Under the pieces are notes generated by a model, which saw only the letters and a list, made by a program, of their open reading frames with translations, was not told where the DNA came from and searched no databases. A program made the position numbers and the translations under genes. Source: a virus (taxonomy: Duplodnaviria; Caudoviricetes). From it: a stretch of DNA of 64,000 nucleotides. Each line of letters opens with the position of its first letter. Positions within the stretch are counted from its first letter, which is position 1. Shown here piece by piece: positions 43,953 to 52,981 of the stretch. The stretch spans positions 32,001 through 96,000 of IMG/VR virus record IMGVR_UViG_3300028886_000037. One strand, written 5' to 3'.

Positions 43953-45968
43953 TTAGAGATCTTTCAGCTGTGTGGCGTAGTCGTACCAGTTGCGGGCGTC
44001 GAACTCCTTCTTGCGGTCCTTAGAGTAGGACTTAGTCGGAGTAAGGAAGCCGACGATTCTAGTGAATCGGTCATAGATTCCTTCGCCACAGACTGGGCAA
44101 GTGTCTCTGCCTACGAAGCCGTGGTGATTCTTGCAGACGTTGATCTTCGTGTTGAATGCGAAGTAGATCACGCCAGCGTTAGCGATCTTGTTCAGCATCT
44201 CCCATGCGACATCATTTGACGGGAACTTGCTCTCCACGTTGATGTGAGCGATTGCGCCACCTGAGCACATTGGGTCAAGGATAGCAGAGAGGTTGATCTT
44301 CTCTTGGATCGTGCACTTCTCCTTTAGCGGGATCCACTGGTTAGAGTAGATGAAGTCGTCGTTGCGGTCATAGAGAAGGTTGTCTTTCTGGCAGAGAATC
44401 ACTGCAGCGCGTTCAGCTGGCACTGACTCGATGTTGAAGCTGTAGTCCTGAGTGAAGTTGTCCTTCACTTCGTTGATCGTGTCGAAGATAGCCTGAGCGA
44501 GATCGATTCCTTCCTTGGTGTAAGACTTGTTGCCGAACTCGTCAGTCTCGATGAATCCGAACTCCTTGATCGTCTCGTAGAGACCGAGAATTCCGACTGT
44601 GCTGTACTGATGGTTGATGTCGATGCCTCCTTCGACGTAGTTCGGGAGTAGGCCTCTCTCGACGTTCTTTCTGATGATCTCGCGCTGGACGTCGAGCAGC
44701 TTGCAGCACAGCTCAGTTCTCTTCTTGAGAAGCTTGAGGAAGTTGTTGATGCTGTGGATCTTGTTGTCCTTCTTGATTCCAGACTCAATAGCGACTCTCA
44801 CTAGGTTCATTGTGTTGACCTTGATCGATCCGATAGAGAGCGAGGTTCCGCCGATGGAGTTCATGAACCCGTTGAGCTTTTCGTTGTTCTGTCCGATAAC
44901 GACTTTCTTTCCGTCTTTCTTCAACCCAGTAGTCGAGGATAGCAAACGACAGCAGTTGCTCAGTGTAGTGACGTCCTTTGAGACGAAGAAGTTCGAGTCG
45001 TTCCACTCAGTGTTGTGGTCAGAGCACCAGCGAGCGAACTCTTCATCGACGAACTTGCCGTCCTTGAACTGAAGGCTGTAAGTCAGGACGGGGAACGTGA
45101 ACATGTTCTCGCTTCTGATCTGAGATACGACTTCCATGAAGATCTTCTGGTGCTCGATGAACTCTTCGACGCAATCGATGAACAGCGTGCCGTCTGGGAA
45201 TTCTAGACCGCCGAACAGAGATTCGCAGTATTGACGGTCAAAGATCGAAACGTTCACGAAGGCTGTCTGGTCGATGCGCATAAAGGGCTGATTCAGGCGG
45301 TATATGAGCTTTTGGAAGCTCTGCCTTAGGTAACTGTCCGGGTCCTTGGTAAAGAAGCCCTGCTGCACGTCTTTGCGCCAAAAATAATAGGTCCAGACGA
45401 GAATGTTCGGGATGCCGACTGCGCCAGAGCTGCGATTGCTCATGAAGGATACGAACTCGATCACGTCGTCCAAGAATGTAGTGAGATGCTTGGGCGGGAT
45501 GTTGTTGTAGTTCTTGAGGAAGAACAGACCCTCTTTCGCTAGTCTAGTGAGATCGTAAGCGAAGCAGTAGCCCATGTAGGTCGAAGTGCAAGCGTCATGC
45601 AGATAGAATCCGCCGTTGTACTCCTGTTCGAGCCACTCACGAGCCGTCTTCAGCCCGTACTTCTGCTTGAGCTCTAGGAATAGCTTGTTGAATGCGAAGA
45701 TCTTGTCAAGCGGCTTGTCCTTCTCGTTGAGCAGAGCGCGAATGTCCTTCGTGGAAGCGTTCGCGTTAGCGTCGATAGTTACGTCTGCGGTGACAGCGTT
45801 CTTTGCAGTGAATGCATCAATGAAGTCACTGAAGTTCACGTTCTTCTCGGCGAATCCGTTGAGAATCTCAAAATCTTCTCCATACTTTTCCATGACTGCG
45901 GATAGAGCCTTGTTGAAGTCCTTGTTGACCTTCAGTGGGATGTTGAAAACAGAATTGTTGACTGCCAT
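43953..45968 (-). CDS. nrdD: Anaerobic (class III) ribonucleoside-triphosphate reductase
   Basis: FYLHD..YC, FTFPVLT, SNCCRL finger loop, ESVPAE, SGGAIAH, C-terminal CPVC and RIVGFL glycyl-radical motif. Confidence 0.95.
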   Translation of the reverse strand: MAVNNSVFNIPLKVNKDFNKALSAVMEKYGEDFEILNGFAEKNVNFSDFIDAFTAKNAVTADVTIDANANASTKDIRALLNEKDKPLDKIFAFNKLFLELKQKYGLKTAREWLEQEYNGGFYLHDACTSTYMGYCFAYDLTRLAKEGLFFLKNYNNIPPKHLTTFLDDVIEFVSFMSNRSSGAVGIPNILVWTYYFWRKDVQQGFFTKDPDSYLRQSFQKLIYRLNQPFMRIDQTAFVNVSIFDRQYCESLFGGLEFPDGTLFIDCVEEFIEHQKIFMEVVSQIRSENMFTFPVLTYSLQFKDGKFVDEEFARWCSDHNTEWNDSNFFVSKDVTTLSNCCRLLSSTTGLKKDGKKVVIGQNNEKLNGFMNSIGGTSLSIGSIKVNTMNLVRVAIESGIKKDNKIHSINNFLKLLKKRTELCCKLLDVQREIIRKNVERGLLPNYVEGGIDINHQYSTVGILGLYETIKEFGFIETDEFGNKSYTKEGIDLAQAIFDTINEVKDNFTQDYSFNIESVPAERAAVILCQKDNLLYDRNDDFIYSNQWIPLKEKCTIQEKINLSAILDPMCSGGAIAHINVESKFPSNDVAWEMLNKIANAGVIYFAFNTKINVCKNHHGFVGRDTCPVCGEGIYDRFTRIVGFLTPTKSYSKDRKKEFDARNWYDYATQLKDL

Positions 45969-46115
45969 ATTGTTTCCTTGGTTCAAAAATCTTTACTTTG
46001 CTACATAATGAAAGCAGCGCATAGACAGCGCTGCTGTGAATAAAGTTGACTATTTAAGGAGTTCCGTGTAGCATTGTCGATTATTTATACCGTTCGAAAG
46101 CTCCAAAACTCACCT

Positions 46116-46334
46116 TTATTCAGCGTTCTTTCGGATCCACTCGATTCCGTCTTTGAAGTCCATGACTCTTCCGTCGACTTCGAGAAGCGGAGCCATAGTG
46201 AAGCCTAGTGAAGTAGCGACTTCCAGCACCTTAGCGTTGTCGTCGATCTCTTCGAACTCGATGTTGGCTTCCTTCAGCTTACGTTCCATCACGTTGCACT
46301 TGGGGCAGTGTGTTGTGTACATCTTGACTGTCAT
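46116..46334 (-). CDS. Glutaredoxin/NrdH-like redoxin
   Basis: MYTTHCPKC...APLLEVDG; adjacent to nrdD; start MTVKMY at 46334. Confidence 0.85.
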   Translation of the reverse strand: MTVKMYTTHCPKCNVMERKLKEANIEFEEIDDNAKVLEVATSLGFTMAPLLEVDGRVMDFKDGIEWIRKNAE

Positions 46335-46359
46335 GACTGTACTCCTTAGTGAAACTTCG

Positions 46360-46827
46360 TTAGTTGCTGAGTGTCGCGAGGAACATCTGCTTCTTGTACT
46401 TCGGACCCTTCGGCATCTTGCCCGGCTTCTCTGGTTCATCGTCTTCGACGCGAGCGTGGAAGTACGGGATGACCATCTTGGAAACCTGTTCCGGATCCAT
46501 GTCGGTCTCGAAAGTGATCTTGTAGACGGACTTCTGCTTCTTGAGGTTGCGCTTCACAGCTACTTCGGTGACCTTGCACTCGATCTTAGCTTCGCCGAAC
46601 TCGAGATCGATCTCGTCGTGCATGTCGAGCGTGTAGTTCTTCCAGCTGTCGGAGTCTGCGATCTTTTCGAGATCGGCTCTGTCAGTGTTGTTCTTGAAGT
46701 AGCGGAGAAGCTGGATCGGACCCTCTTCGTTAGTCTTGATGACGATCTGAGAGTAGACGATCAGATCTTCCTTCTTGGTGAAAGCCTTGTAGCCTTCGAG
46801 TGTAGCGTTGTCGATAGTTACGTTCAT
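46360..46827 (-). CDS. Hypothetical protein
   Basis: SD GAGGT; 155 aa. Confidence 0.55.
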   Translation of the reverse strand: MNVTIDNATLEGYKAFTKKEDLIVYSQIVIKTNEEGPIQLLRYFKNNTDRADLEKIADSDSWKNYTLDMHDEIDLEFGEAKIECKVTEVAVKRNLKKQKSVYKITFETDMDPEQVSKMVIPYFHARVEDDEPEKPGKMPKGPKYKKQMFLATLSN

Positions 46828-46866
46828 GAGTTACCTCTTTAGTATTCCAGTTAAATTTACAAAAAT

Positions 46867-46891
46867 GCTGCTGGAACAAAATTCCAGCAGC
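46867..46891 (-). terminator. Rho-independent terminator
   Basis: GCTGCTGGAA-5nt-TTCCAGCAGC with a U-run on the minus strand. Confidence 0.65.
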
Positions 46892-46912
46892 TCGTTGGTG
46901 CACAATCAAAGG

Positions 46913-47317
46913 TTATGCGTAGAAAATCTCACGGTCGAACAGTGACTGCGCTGTCTCTTTCGGGCTCAATTCTGGGCCGAGAGACTGAGCTATCAGCTGA
47001 ACGAAGATTTCCTTGACCGTCTTGTATACGCAGAGTTCCTCTTCAGTGAGTCTGTCGAATCCAGATCCAGTGAAGCCCTTTGTAGCGTATAGCTGTGCGA
47101 TCTCGTTGCGGAGGTTCGTGATGTTGATGTAGTGCTTGTTGTTGAACAGATACACGGCATTGTCGGATAGACGCTTAGCTATCCAGCGATTCTCTGACTT
47201 CTGAGCCAGATCGTTCACTTCTGCGCTGATGTCGCTGCTCGTTGAAGCCGTCAACGAGACAGAGGTCTCTTCGACAGATTCCTTGAGCGCTTTGACGTAA
47301 TCACAGAACTTCATCAC
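46913..47317 (-). CDS. Hypothetical protein with a capsid-targeting-like N-terminus
   Basis: MKFCDYVKALKESVEE. Confidence 0.5.
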   Translation of the reverse strand: MMKFCDYVKALKESVEETSVSLTASTSSDISAEVNDLAQKSENRWIAKRLSDNAVYLFNNKHYINITNLRNEIAQLYATKGFTGSGFDRLTEEELCVYKTVKEIFVQLIAQSLGPELSPKETAQSLFDREIFYA

Positions 47318-47805
47318 TGAATTTCCTTCAAATATACCCTGAGATCTTCCAATGTCTTCTTGACGTCATTACGATGGAACAGCACAGCGTGACCCTTGTT
47401 GGCCTCGAACTCTTCACAGTTCTTCTGGTAGTCGTCGATGAGAAGCGTGTCTGGATCTGCAAAGTCCTTCTTGTCACATCTTCTCGCTACTAGAACGATC
47501 TCCATCGGATTCGTGCCCAAGTTCTTCTGGATCCACTCTCGCTTGCCAGCCTTAGCGGCTTCGTTGATGGCGTGAGACAGAACGTAGAGCGTCAGATCCT
47601 TCTTTCTCGCGAAAGCGTAGAGACGAGAGTATAGCCATAGACCCTCAGTCAGGACTGGAAGATTAGCCCAGAACTGTTCATCGGCTTCGACTAGCTTCTG
47701 CTCGTCCATCTCGCCAGTCTCCGGATTGAAGATTCCAGCGTTGTATGCACCCTTGAGGAAGTCGACGACTACGCCGTCCATGTCGATTGCAATTTTCCTA
47801 ATCAT
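47314..47805 (-). CDS. HAD-family 5'(3')-deoxyribonucleotidase (NT5C-like)
   Basis: IAIDMDGVVVDF, FWANLP, GKREW, LLIDD. Confidence 0.85.
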   Translation of the reverse strand: MIRKIAIDMDGVVVDFLKGAYNAGIFNPETGEMDEQKLVEADEQFWANLPVLTEGLWLYSRLYAFARKKDLTLYVLSHAINEAAKAGKREWIQKNLGTNPMEIVLVARRCDKKDFADPDTLLIDDYQKNCEEFEANKGHAVLFHRNDVKKTLEDLRVYLKEIQ

Positions 47806-47808
47806 AGT

Positions 47809-48258
47809 TTATTTATTCAAGATGCTCTTCCAGCGGTTCATGACGAACTCTTGCATTCCTGGCTTTCTGTCGATTCTCTGTCTTCCGTCACCGTAGATGT
47901 AGTAGATCAGATCCGTGTTGTCGATTCGCAGCGGATAGTAGATGCGCTTTCTGTTGTACTCGCGTAAGCAAGCTTTAGCGCCAGGAAGGATCGAATTCAA
48001 CTCCATCTCTGAGAACAGAACTCTGCTGTTAGAGTCTAGCAGTCTCTTTCTCTTGTGCATTCCAGCGACCAGAGTTTCTCTGAGCTGCTCTGGAAGCTTG
48101 TGGAAGTTGAGACCGATGATATTGTTGTCACGGCCAGGAGCTGGTCCTACGCAGTAGATCACTGGCGTCTCGTCGACATCTAGCGAGCCGTCTTTCGCCT
48201 TGTAGATGAAAGTGTAGAAGTACCCGTTGAGAATGTCGTTAGCTTGCGTGAGAGCCAT
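47809..48258 (-). CDS. gp2: DNA end-protector protein gp2-like
   Basis: GYFYTFIYKAK..D..P, GLNFHKLP..LR, CLREY motifs. Confidence 0.7.
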   Translation of the reverse strand: MALTQANDILNGYFYTFIYKAKDGSLDVDETPVIYCVGPAPGRDNNIIGLNFHKLPEQLRETLVAGMHKRKRLLDSNSRVLFSEMELNSILPGAKACLREYNRKRIYYPLRIDNTDLIYYIYGDGRQRIDRKPGMQEFVMNRWKSILNK

Positions 48259-48887
48259 TATCCTAGCCTCTGCGATAGAACTTCTTGGATCCAGATCTCG
48301 AGATCATAAGTATGGTTGTGCTTGATGATCTCTTCGAAAGACATGTACCAAGTGTCTACGTTGTTGTACTTGCCAGGCTTGCAGATCTCTAGCATCTTCT
48401 CTTCCGAAGCGCCTTTGATGAATCCCTGAACATCGAAGAGACTGACGATGTATGTTCCGCGATTGCCAAGCGTCAAGTACCAGAAGTCGAACGGAGATAC
48501 GCCCTTTCCGATGAAGTTGCACAGATGAGCGATAGCGTCTTTCTTGGCGCTCTCGCCAGTTCTACGGAATGTGACGGACGCATAGTCCCAGCGCTTCGAG
48601 TACTTCACGTCCACGTACACGCAGTAGTCGCGGACTGGACGACCGTGAACATCTCTTGACGCGATGCGGATGTCGCCGAGCTGTGCGTTCTTCTTTGGCG
48701 TCTCGATCCACGTGAGCACGTTCGGAAGCTTCTTGACGCTATCGAGAGAGTCGGAGTTAGAACAGACTGAGTGGATCAGCACCCAGTCACGCTCTTCTCT
48801 ATCGAATCTCTTTGCGAGGTACTCGAGGATATGGTCTTCGGCTTGTAGGCCAGCTTGGCTGTCAGGATTGATGCTCAGATCGCTCAT
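48258..48887 (-). CDS. PD-(D/E)xK-fold nuclease-like protein
   Basis: GLQAE helix, GDI, YVDVKYS. Confidence 0.5.
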   Translation of the reverse strand: MSDLSINPDSQAGLQAEDHILEYLAKRFDREERDWVLIHSVCSNSDSLDSVKKLPNVLTWIETPKKNAQLGDIRIASRDVHGRPVRDYCVYVDVKYSKRWDYASVTFRRTGESAKKDAIAHLCNFIGKGVSPFDFWYLTLGNRGTYIVSLFDVQGFIKGASEEKMLEICKPGKYNNVDTWYMSFEEIIKHNHTYDLEIWIQEVLSQRLG

Positions 48888-49428
48888 CTTCTTCTACCTC
48901 GATTTCGACATCTATCTCTTTACCGTTCTCGTCGTAGATGCCCTTTTCTTTCTTTTTCTTCTTTTTCTTGACTTTAGCGTTCGGATCGATGGGCAGAGAC
49001 TTGCCCCATGCGTGAGTCCACATCTCGCTGTAAGCTTCGTTAGACCACGTGTTGACGAGCTCAGTAGAGTTACCGTCACTGTCTGCGGATGCTGTGTTCA
49101 TCGTAGCGAACTCGTTCGACTCGTGCTTGTACTTGTTGTTCCACAGAACTAGCTTGCTGAAGTAAGCAGACTGTAGCAAGAATGCGAGAGCCGAGTTCTC
49201 TTTTCCTTCGGGAGTGAACTCCTCGAAGTTCTGAAGATAGTGATCAATGATGTAGATCACCATGTCCTGAATGAAGTCGTAGTAGGCTTTGTCATTCTTT
49301 GACTTCTTGATCTGGTATGCGCAAATTTCGCGAAGGTCATCCCAGAACTGGGCGTGTTCCTTCTCAGAGATAGTCCCAGCGTTGTAGTCTAGGATTCTCT
49401 TCTTAAGCTCTTTGTTGTTGATCTTCAT
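48862..49428 (-). CDS. gp55: Late-transcription sigma factor gp55-like
   Basis: INNKEL N-terminus, DFIQD, NFEE....NSALAFLLQSAYFS (like NFDP..NPFAYFTQ); consistent with the abundant TATAAATA promoters. Confidence 0.65.
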   Translation of the reverse strand: MKINNKELKKRILDYNAGTISEKEHAQFWDDLREICAYQIKKSKNDKAYYDFIQDMVIYIIDHYLQNFEEFTPEGKENSALAFLLQSAYFSKLVLWNNKYKHESNEFATMNTASADSDGNSTELVNTWSNEAYSEMWTHAWGKSLPIDPNAKVKKKKKKKEKGIYDENGKEIDVEIEVEEDERSEHQS

Positions 49429-49452
49429 ATCGTGGAGTCTCCATATCTCTAT

Positions 49453-49674
49453 TTATCTCTCTCGATAGATGATCCGTCCGCGAGTCAAGTCGTATGGACA
49501 GAGCTCGATCTGTACCCGGTCGTCTGGGTTAGTTCTGATGAAAGCTTTGCCGTGCATCTTGCCAGCGAGGGTACAGATGCACTCTTGGCCGTTCTCGAGG
49601 GCGCACTTGAATCTGATTCCGCCGAGCGCTTCGAGAACGATGCCGTTCAGGATGATTCCCTTTTCCTTAGCCAT
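49453..49674 (-). CDS. infA: Translation initiation factor IF-1
   Basis: MAKEKGI...G.VLEAL....F...LENG......AGKM...FIR..P.DRV.IEL.PYDLTRGRIIYR. Confidence 0.95.
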   Translation of the reverse strand: MAKEKGIILNGIVLEALGGIRFKCALENGQECICTLAGKMHGKAFIRTNPDDRVQIELCPYDLTRGRIIYRER

Positions 49675-50837
49675 TAGATAGTCTCCAGAAGGGAAGTGTT
49701 CCTGTCGATGACCGATAGTAAGCGGTTCATCGAGTCAGTGGACTCAAGGATCAAGCCAGACTTGTTGAGATTCTCGTACTGCCATTCGATGAGCTCGTTG
49801 TAGTTCTCTTTCTTGCACATGTTCCAGAACTTCTCGTCTAGCTCTTCGACAGTAGCTGAGTTCTTGATCTTGCAGTCAGGGAAGATCTCTTCGTATGGAG
49901 AGTCTGACGAGGTGTCGAACACAGATCCAAAGAATCCCATTCCAGCGATAGAGGACTCGTAGAATCGTAGAGCGGACTTGCTCATGTTGAACTCGTTCTC
50001 GGCGAGCGGAGCGATCTGGAAGTCAGCCTTAGTGCTCCAGCAGCGGCGTGGATAGTTGTAAGAGTTAGTCCACGGAATGAACTGGATCTTCGGTGCGATG
50101 GGCTGGAAGAACCACGGGAAGTCTCCCATGATCTTGAAGTCGATCTTGTCTTCTCTGACGTTCTTGATGACCCAGTTACGGAATGCGCAGTTCCAGTCGC
50201 CGAAGTCGCCAGGATCCTTGTTGTCTTTCGGGTTTCTGTAGTGACCAGAAGCGCCAGAATAGAGCACGACCGGACGCTTGATGTCTTCTGTGATCGGCTT
50301 TTTCTTGTCGCATGACCAGAGGAATCTCGGCACTGTGTTCTTCACGGTCACTACGTTGTCGAAGTTGTACTTCTGGATGACAGCCTTCTTGAGGTAGTCG
50401 GTAGAGCACATGACTACGTCGAACAGCGGAATGATCTGGTGGAGAGCATCTTCGATCTCTTCGTCGAGATTAGCTTCTTTTCTCCTGACGTAGCTCATGT
50501 TGTATGGAGGTAGACATTCGCCACGGATCGGAGAGGTGAAGAACAGGTCGTCGACTTCGTAGATCATCTTGAAGCCGAACTTTCTCTGGAATCCCTTGTA
50601 CTTCTGGATGATTGACAAGTGCTGATATGTCGCTGGCTTCTGCCAGATGATTGCGCGTGTCTTGGCCAGAATGATCGGGTCTAGCGTAAAGACGGGCAGA
50701 ATGACTGCTTTGATTCCGAAGTCGTTAGCGTTGATGTAGTCTGCAAAGAAACGGCATCTGACGTGACTGCACCCAGAATTGTCTGCTAGATAGAAAAGAA
50801 CGAGATTTTTGTCGTTTTCACTATTGATTTTGAGCAT
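49674..50837 (-). CDS. Glycosyltransferase (GT-B, phage-type)
   Basis: SGCSHVR, MIYEVDD, CSTDYL, IAPLAENEFNMSKSALRFYE. Confidence 0.7.
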   Translation of the reverse strand: MLKINSENDKNLVLFYLADNSGCSHVRCRFFADYINANDFGIKAVILPVFTLDPIILAKTRAIIWQKPATYQHLSIIQKYKGFQRKFGFKMIYEVDDLFFTSPIRGECLPPYNMSYVRRKEANLDEEIEDALHQIIPLFDVVMCSTDYLKKAVIQKYNFDNVVTVKNTVPRFLWSCDKKKPITEDIKRPVVLYSGASGHYRNPKDNKDPGDFGDWNCAFRNWVIKNVREDKIDFKIMGDFPWFFQPIAPKIQFIPWTNSYNYPRRCWSTKADFQIAPLAENEFNMSKSALRFYESSIAGMGFFGSVFDTSSDSPYEEIFPDCKIKNSATVEELDEKFWNMCKKENYNELIEWQYENLNKSGLILESTDSMNRLLSVIDRNTSLLETI

Positions 50838-50893
50838 CTTTAGTTAATTTTCCTTACTTTTATTCAGTTGAAATATAAGCAATTTATAGTGAT

Positions 50894-52102
50894 TTAGATT
50901 TTCTCCAAGATCTTGAACTTCAGAGACCAAGATCTGTCAGATTCGTGAAATTCTCTGTCTATGAACGAGACGACGAGCCTCTCGTCGTCATTTCCAAATA
51001 TAATGACCCAGCGGTCTCCGTCCTTTTTGAGCTTTGCGCTCTTCGACGGATTCGTGTTCATAGCTTCTCGGATGAAAGCATCGCCTACGCCCATCTCGAC
51101 AGCTCTGAACTGATTTGACATGACTATGTGATTATAGCCCTTAGAATCGCCAGAAAGGCGCTTTCTGTAGTCTCCAAGGATGTAGTGGAGTAACACATAG
51201 GTGTTTCTAATATCGGCCCTTAAAACGTGATTTACGGCCGCTACGAGCACATCTGCGTATGTCGGCTTAGCGATACGGGTACACCACTTAGATATGACCT
51301 CTTCGACGATATTGTCTGTTCCGTGTTCGATAAAGCCAGTCTCTGTGAGAATGTCGTTGAGAAACGCACGGAACGTCGTGTTGCACAAGAAGATCTTCTG
51401 GTCGCCCTCTACTACGCTCTTCAGCGAGATGCGGCACTTTGGCGACAGCTGGACGTCTGCTCTATCCTTGTAGATGCCGTTCTTGTCTAGCTTGTCGTAT
51501 CCGAGCCACTTCTTGTGCTCTATCGGAGAGTTCAAGTCCCACTGTTTCTTGATGTAGAGATTGTGAATGTTGATGATCTCTCGACGCTTTCCGAGAACAT
51601 ATCCGTTCTTCTGCTCTAGCTGATTGAGAAGATTAGTGATGACGTCTCTCGACTTTCCCTGATTCCTGAGAATCTTCGTGATGGTCTTCTTAGCCAGTGC
51701 GCTGAGCTGCCCGTCTCTCGCGAACATTCCGTCTACGCCAGTCTCCAGCATGACCATCGGAAGCAGCTCTGTGATCATAGCGTTGAAGTTCGACGAGATC
51801 TTGACGCTCGGCTTCATGTAGATCTTCATGATAGGCTTAGCGCCATCCATCACTTCAAGACGTCCGACCGTGCTGCCAGGAGCGTTCTCGCGATACTTGA
51901 TCTTGTAGTCAGTTCCGTCGACTTCGAGTCCGTCAAGCTCACGCATCAGAGATTCTCTGTCTTCGTTGAAGACATAGTATCGGGTCGTCTTAGTGTTTCT
52001 GTTGGAGATGTCGTCGCCTAAGCCGTTGATAGAAGCGATCTTGCGCAGAAAGTCTTCCAGCGGATCTCCGCTTGACATGTTCTTGAGAGATAATCTTGAC
52101 AT
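50894..52102 (-). CDS. Hypothetical protein, probable restriction-endonuclease-like fold
   Basis: MITEL helix and RADV....ISLKS (D...S-x-K) pattern. Confidence 0.4.
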   Translation of the reverse strand: MSRLSLKNMSSGDPLEDFLRKIASINGLGDDISNRNTKTTRYYVFNEDRESLMRELDGLEVDGTDYKIKYRENAPGSTVGRLEVMDGAKPIMKIYMKPSVKISSNFNAMITELLPMVMLETGVDGMFARDGQLSALAKKTITKILRNQGKSRDVITNLLNQLEQKNGYVLGKRREIINIHNLYIKKQWDLNSPIEHKKWLGYDKLDKNGIYKDRADVQLSPKCRISLKSVVEGDQKIFLCNTTFRAFLNDILTETGFIEHGTDNIVEEVISKWCTRIAKPTYADVLVAAVNHVLRADIRNTYVLLHYILGDYRKRLSGDSKGYNHIVMSNQFRAVEMGVGDAFIREAMNTNPSKSAKLKKDGDRWVIIFGNDDERLVVSFIDREFHESDRSWSLKFKILEKI

Positions 52103-52139
52103 GTAAAGAATCTTTTACTGAACTTATTGACAAATTACG

Positions 52140-52169
52140 GTTTACAAACACCGCCAAAATGCCTATATT
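52140..52169 (+). promoter_or_regulatory. Early promoter
   Basis: GTTTAC-aaacaccgccaaaatgcc-TATATT. Confidence 0.75.
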
Positions 52170-52225
52170 CTATTTACAACCCGATAGAGGGTTGGCCAAT
52201 TAGATCTAAACAAAAGGAACAACAC

Positions 52226-52498
52226 ATGAAGAAATTCGAATCTTCTCCCCTCTATGTCTATCACACAAAGAAGAAAATGGCTGCTCGCGGCTTGAGCAAG
52301 CAGAGCCAGAACCGCTGGTACATCCAGTTCACCGATGGATCCAAGATGCAGGTCACTCCGGGCCTGAACGCTAAGGTCATCTCCGAAGCCGACTACAAGT
52401 GGATCGCTGGCGCTGAATCCAAGAAGTGGAAGCGCAACAAGACTCAGTGGGACAAGTACCAGATCTCTCGCGCACAGAAGATCGTCGCAGCGCTCTAG
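52226..52498 (+). CDS. Small basic early protein (90 aa)
   Basis: SD AAGGA, start MKKFESS at 52226; monocistronic between an early promoter and a terminator. Confidence 0.65.
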   Translation: MKKFESSPLYVYHTKKKMAARGLSKQSQNRWYIQFTDGSKMQVTPGLNAKVISEADYKWIAGAESKKWKRNKTQWDKYQISRAQKIVAAL

Positions 52499-52527
52499 AT
52501 TTTGTCAAATCGTAAGTTGGACAAAAA

Positions 52528-52559
52528 AGAAAGAGAGGAATTTTACTTCCTCTCTTTCT
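52528..52559. terminator. Bidirectional terminator ending the capsid operon
   Basis: AGAAAGAGAGGAA-ttttac-TTCCTCTCTTTCT; U-run on the minus side. Confidence 0.7.
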
Positions 52560-52581
52560 GAATGTTTGGTCAGCTTGTCGA

Positions 52582-52950
52582 TTAAGCCAAGTGGCTGTCG
52601 CCCTGATCGATTCCGACGTACTCGGAACGACCAGAAGTCTCGATCTTCGGGAACTGCTTGTGGACGATGTCCGAAGTAGCCTTGTCGTAGCCGCTGGTGT
52701 AGAGTGCGGAAGTGACCATGCCGCTCGATGCCGAGTAGCGAGGATCGTCCGGATTTCCAACCCATGCAGACTGCGGGAGGTTGAGCTTGAACGTGTCCTG
52801 AACATCTAGCCATCCGTGCGGAGCGTTATCCGGGCTGAACTGGGTGTAGATGCCATCGATGTAGCTGCTGGCGACGAATGCGCTATCTGGGATAGCGTGG
52901 TCGTTACCAATGTGATACTGTGACTTAGAAGGTAGTTTGTACATTGTCAA
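52582..52950 (-). CDS. Small protein co-transcribed after the major capsid gene (possible decoration protein)
   Basis: Strong SD AAGGAG; position between gp23 and the terminator; SA/SG-rich. Confidence 0.5.
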   Translation of the reverse strand: MTMYKLPSKSQYHIGNDHAIPDSAFVASSYIDGIYTQFSPDNAPHGWLDVQDTFKLNLPQSAWVGNPDDPRYSASSGMVTSALYTSGYDKATSDIVHKQFPKIETSGRSEYVGIDQGDSHLA

Positions 52951-52981
52951 AATTCTCCTTTTGTGTTAAATTTCACTCTGA

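Noticed and set aside
43953-45968. Intein or group I intron in nrdD (also checked gp23, topoisomerase, gp46)
   Set aside because: Lengths are normal, the frames are continuous, and no intein terminal motifs were seen.
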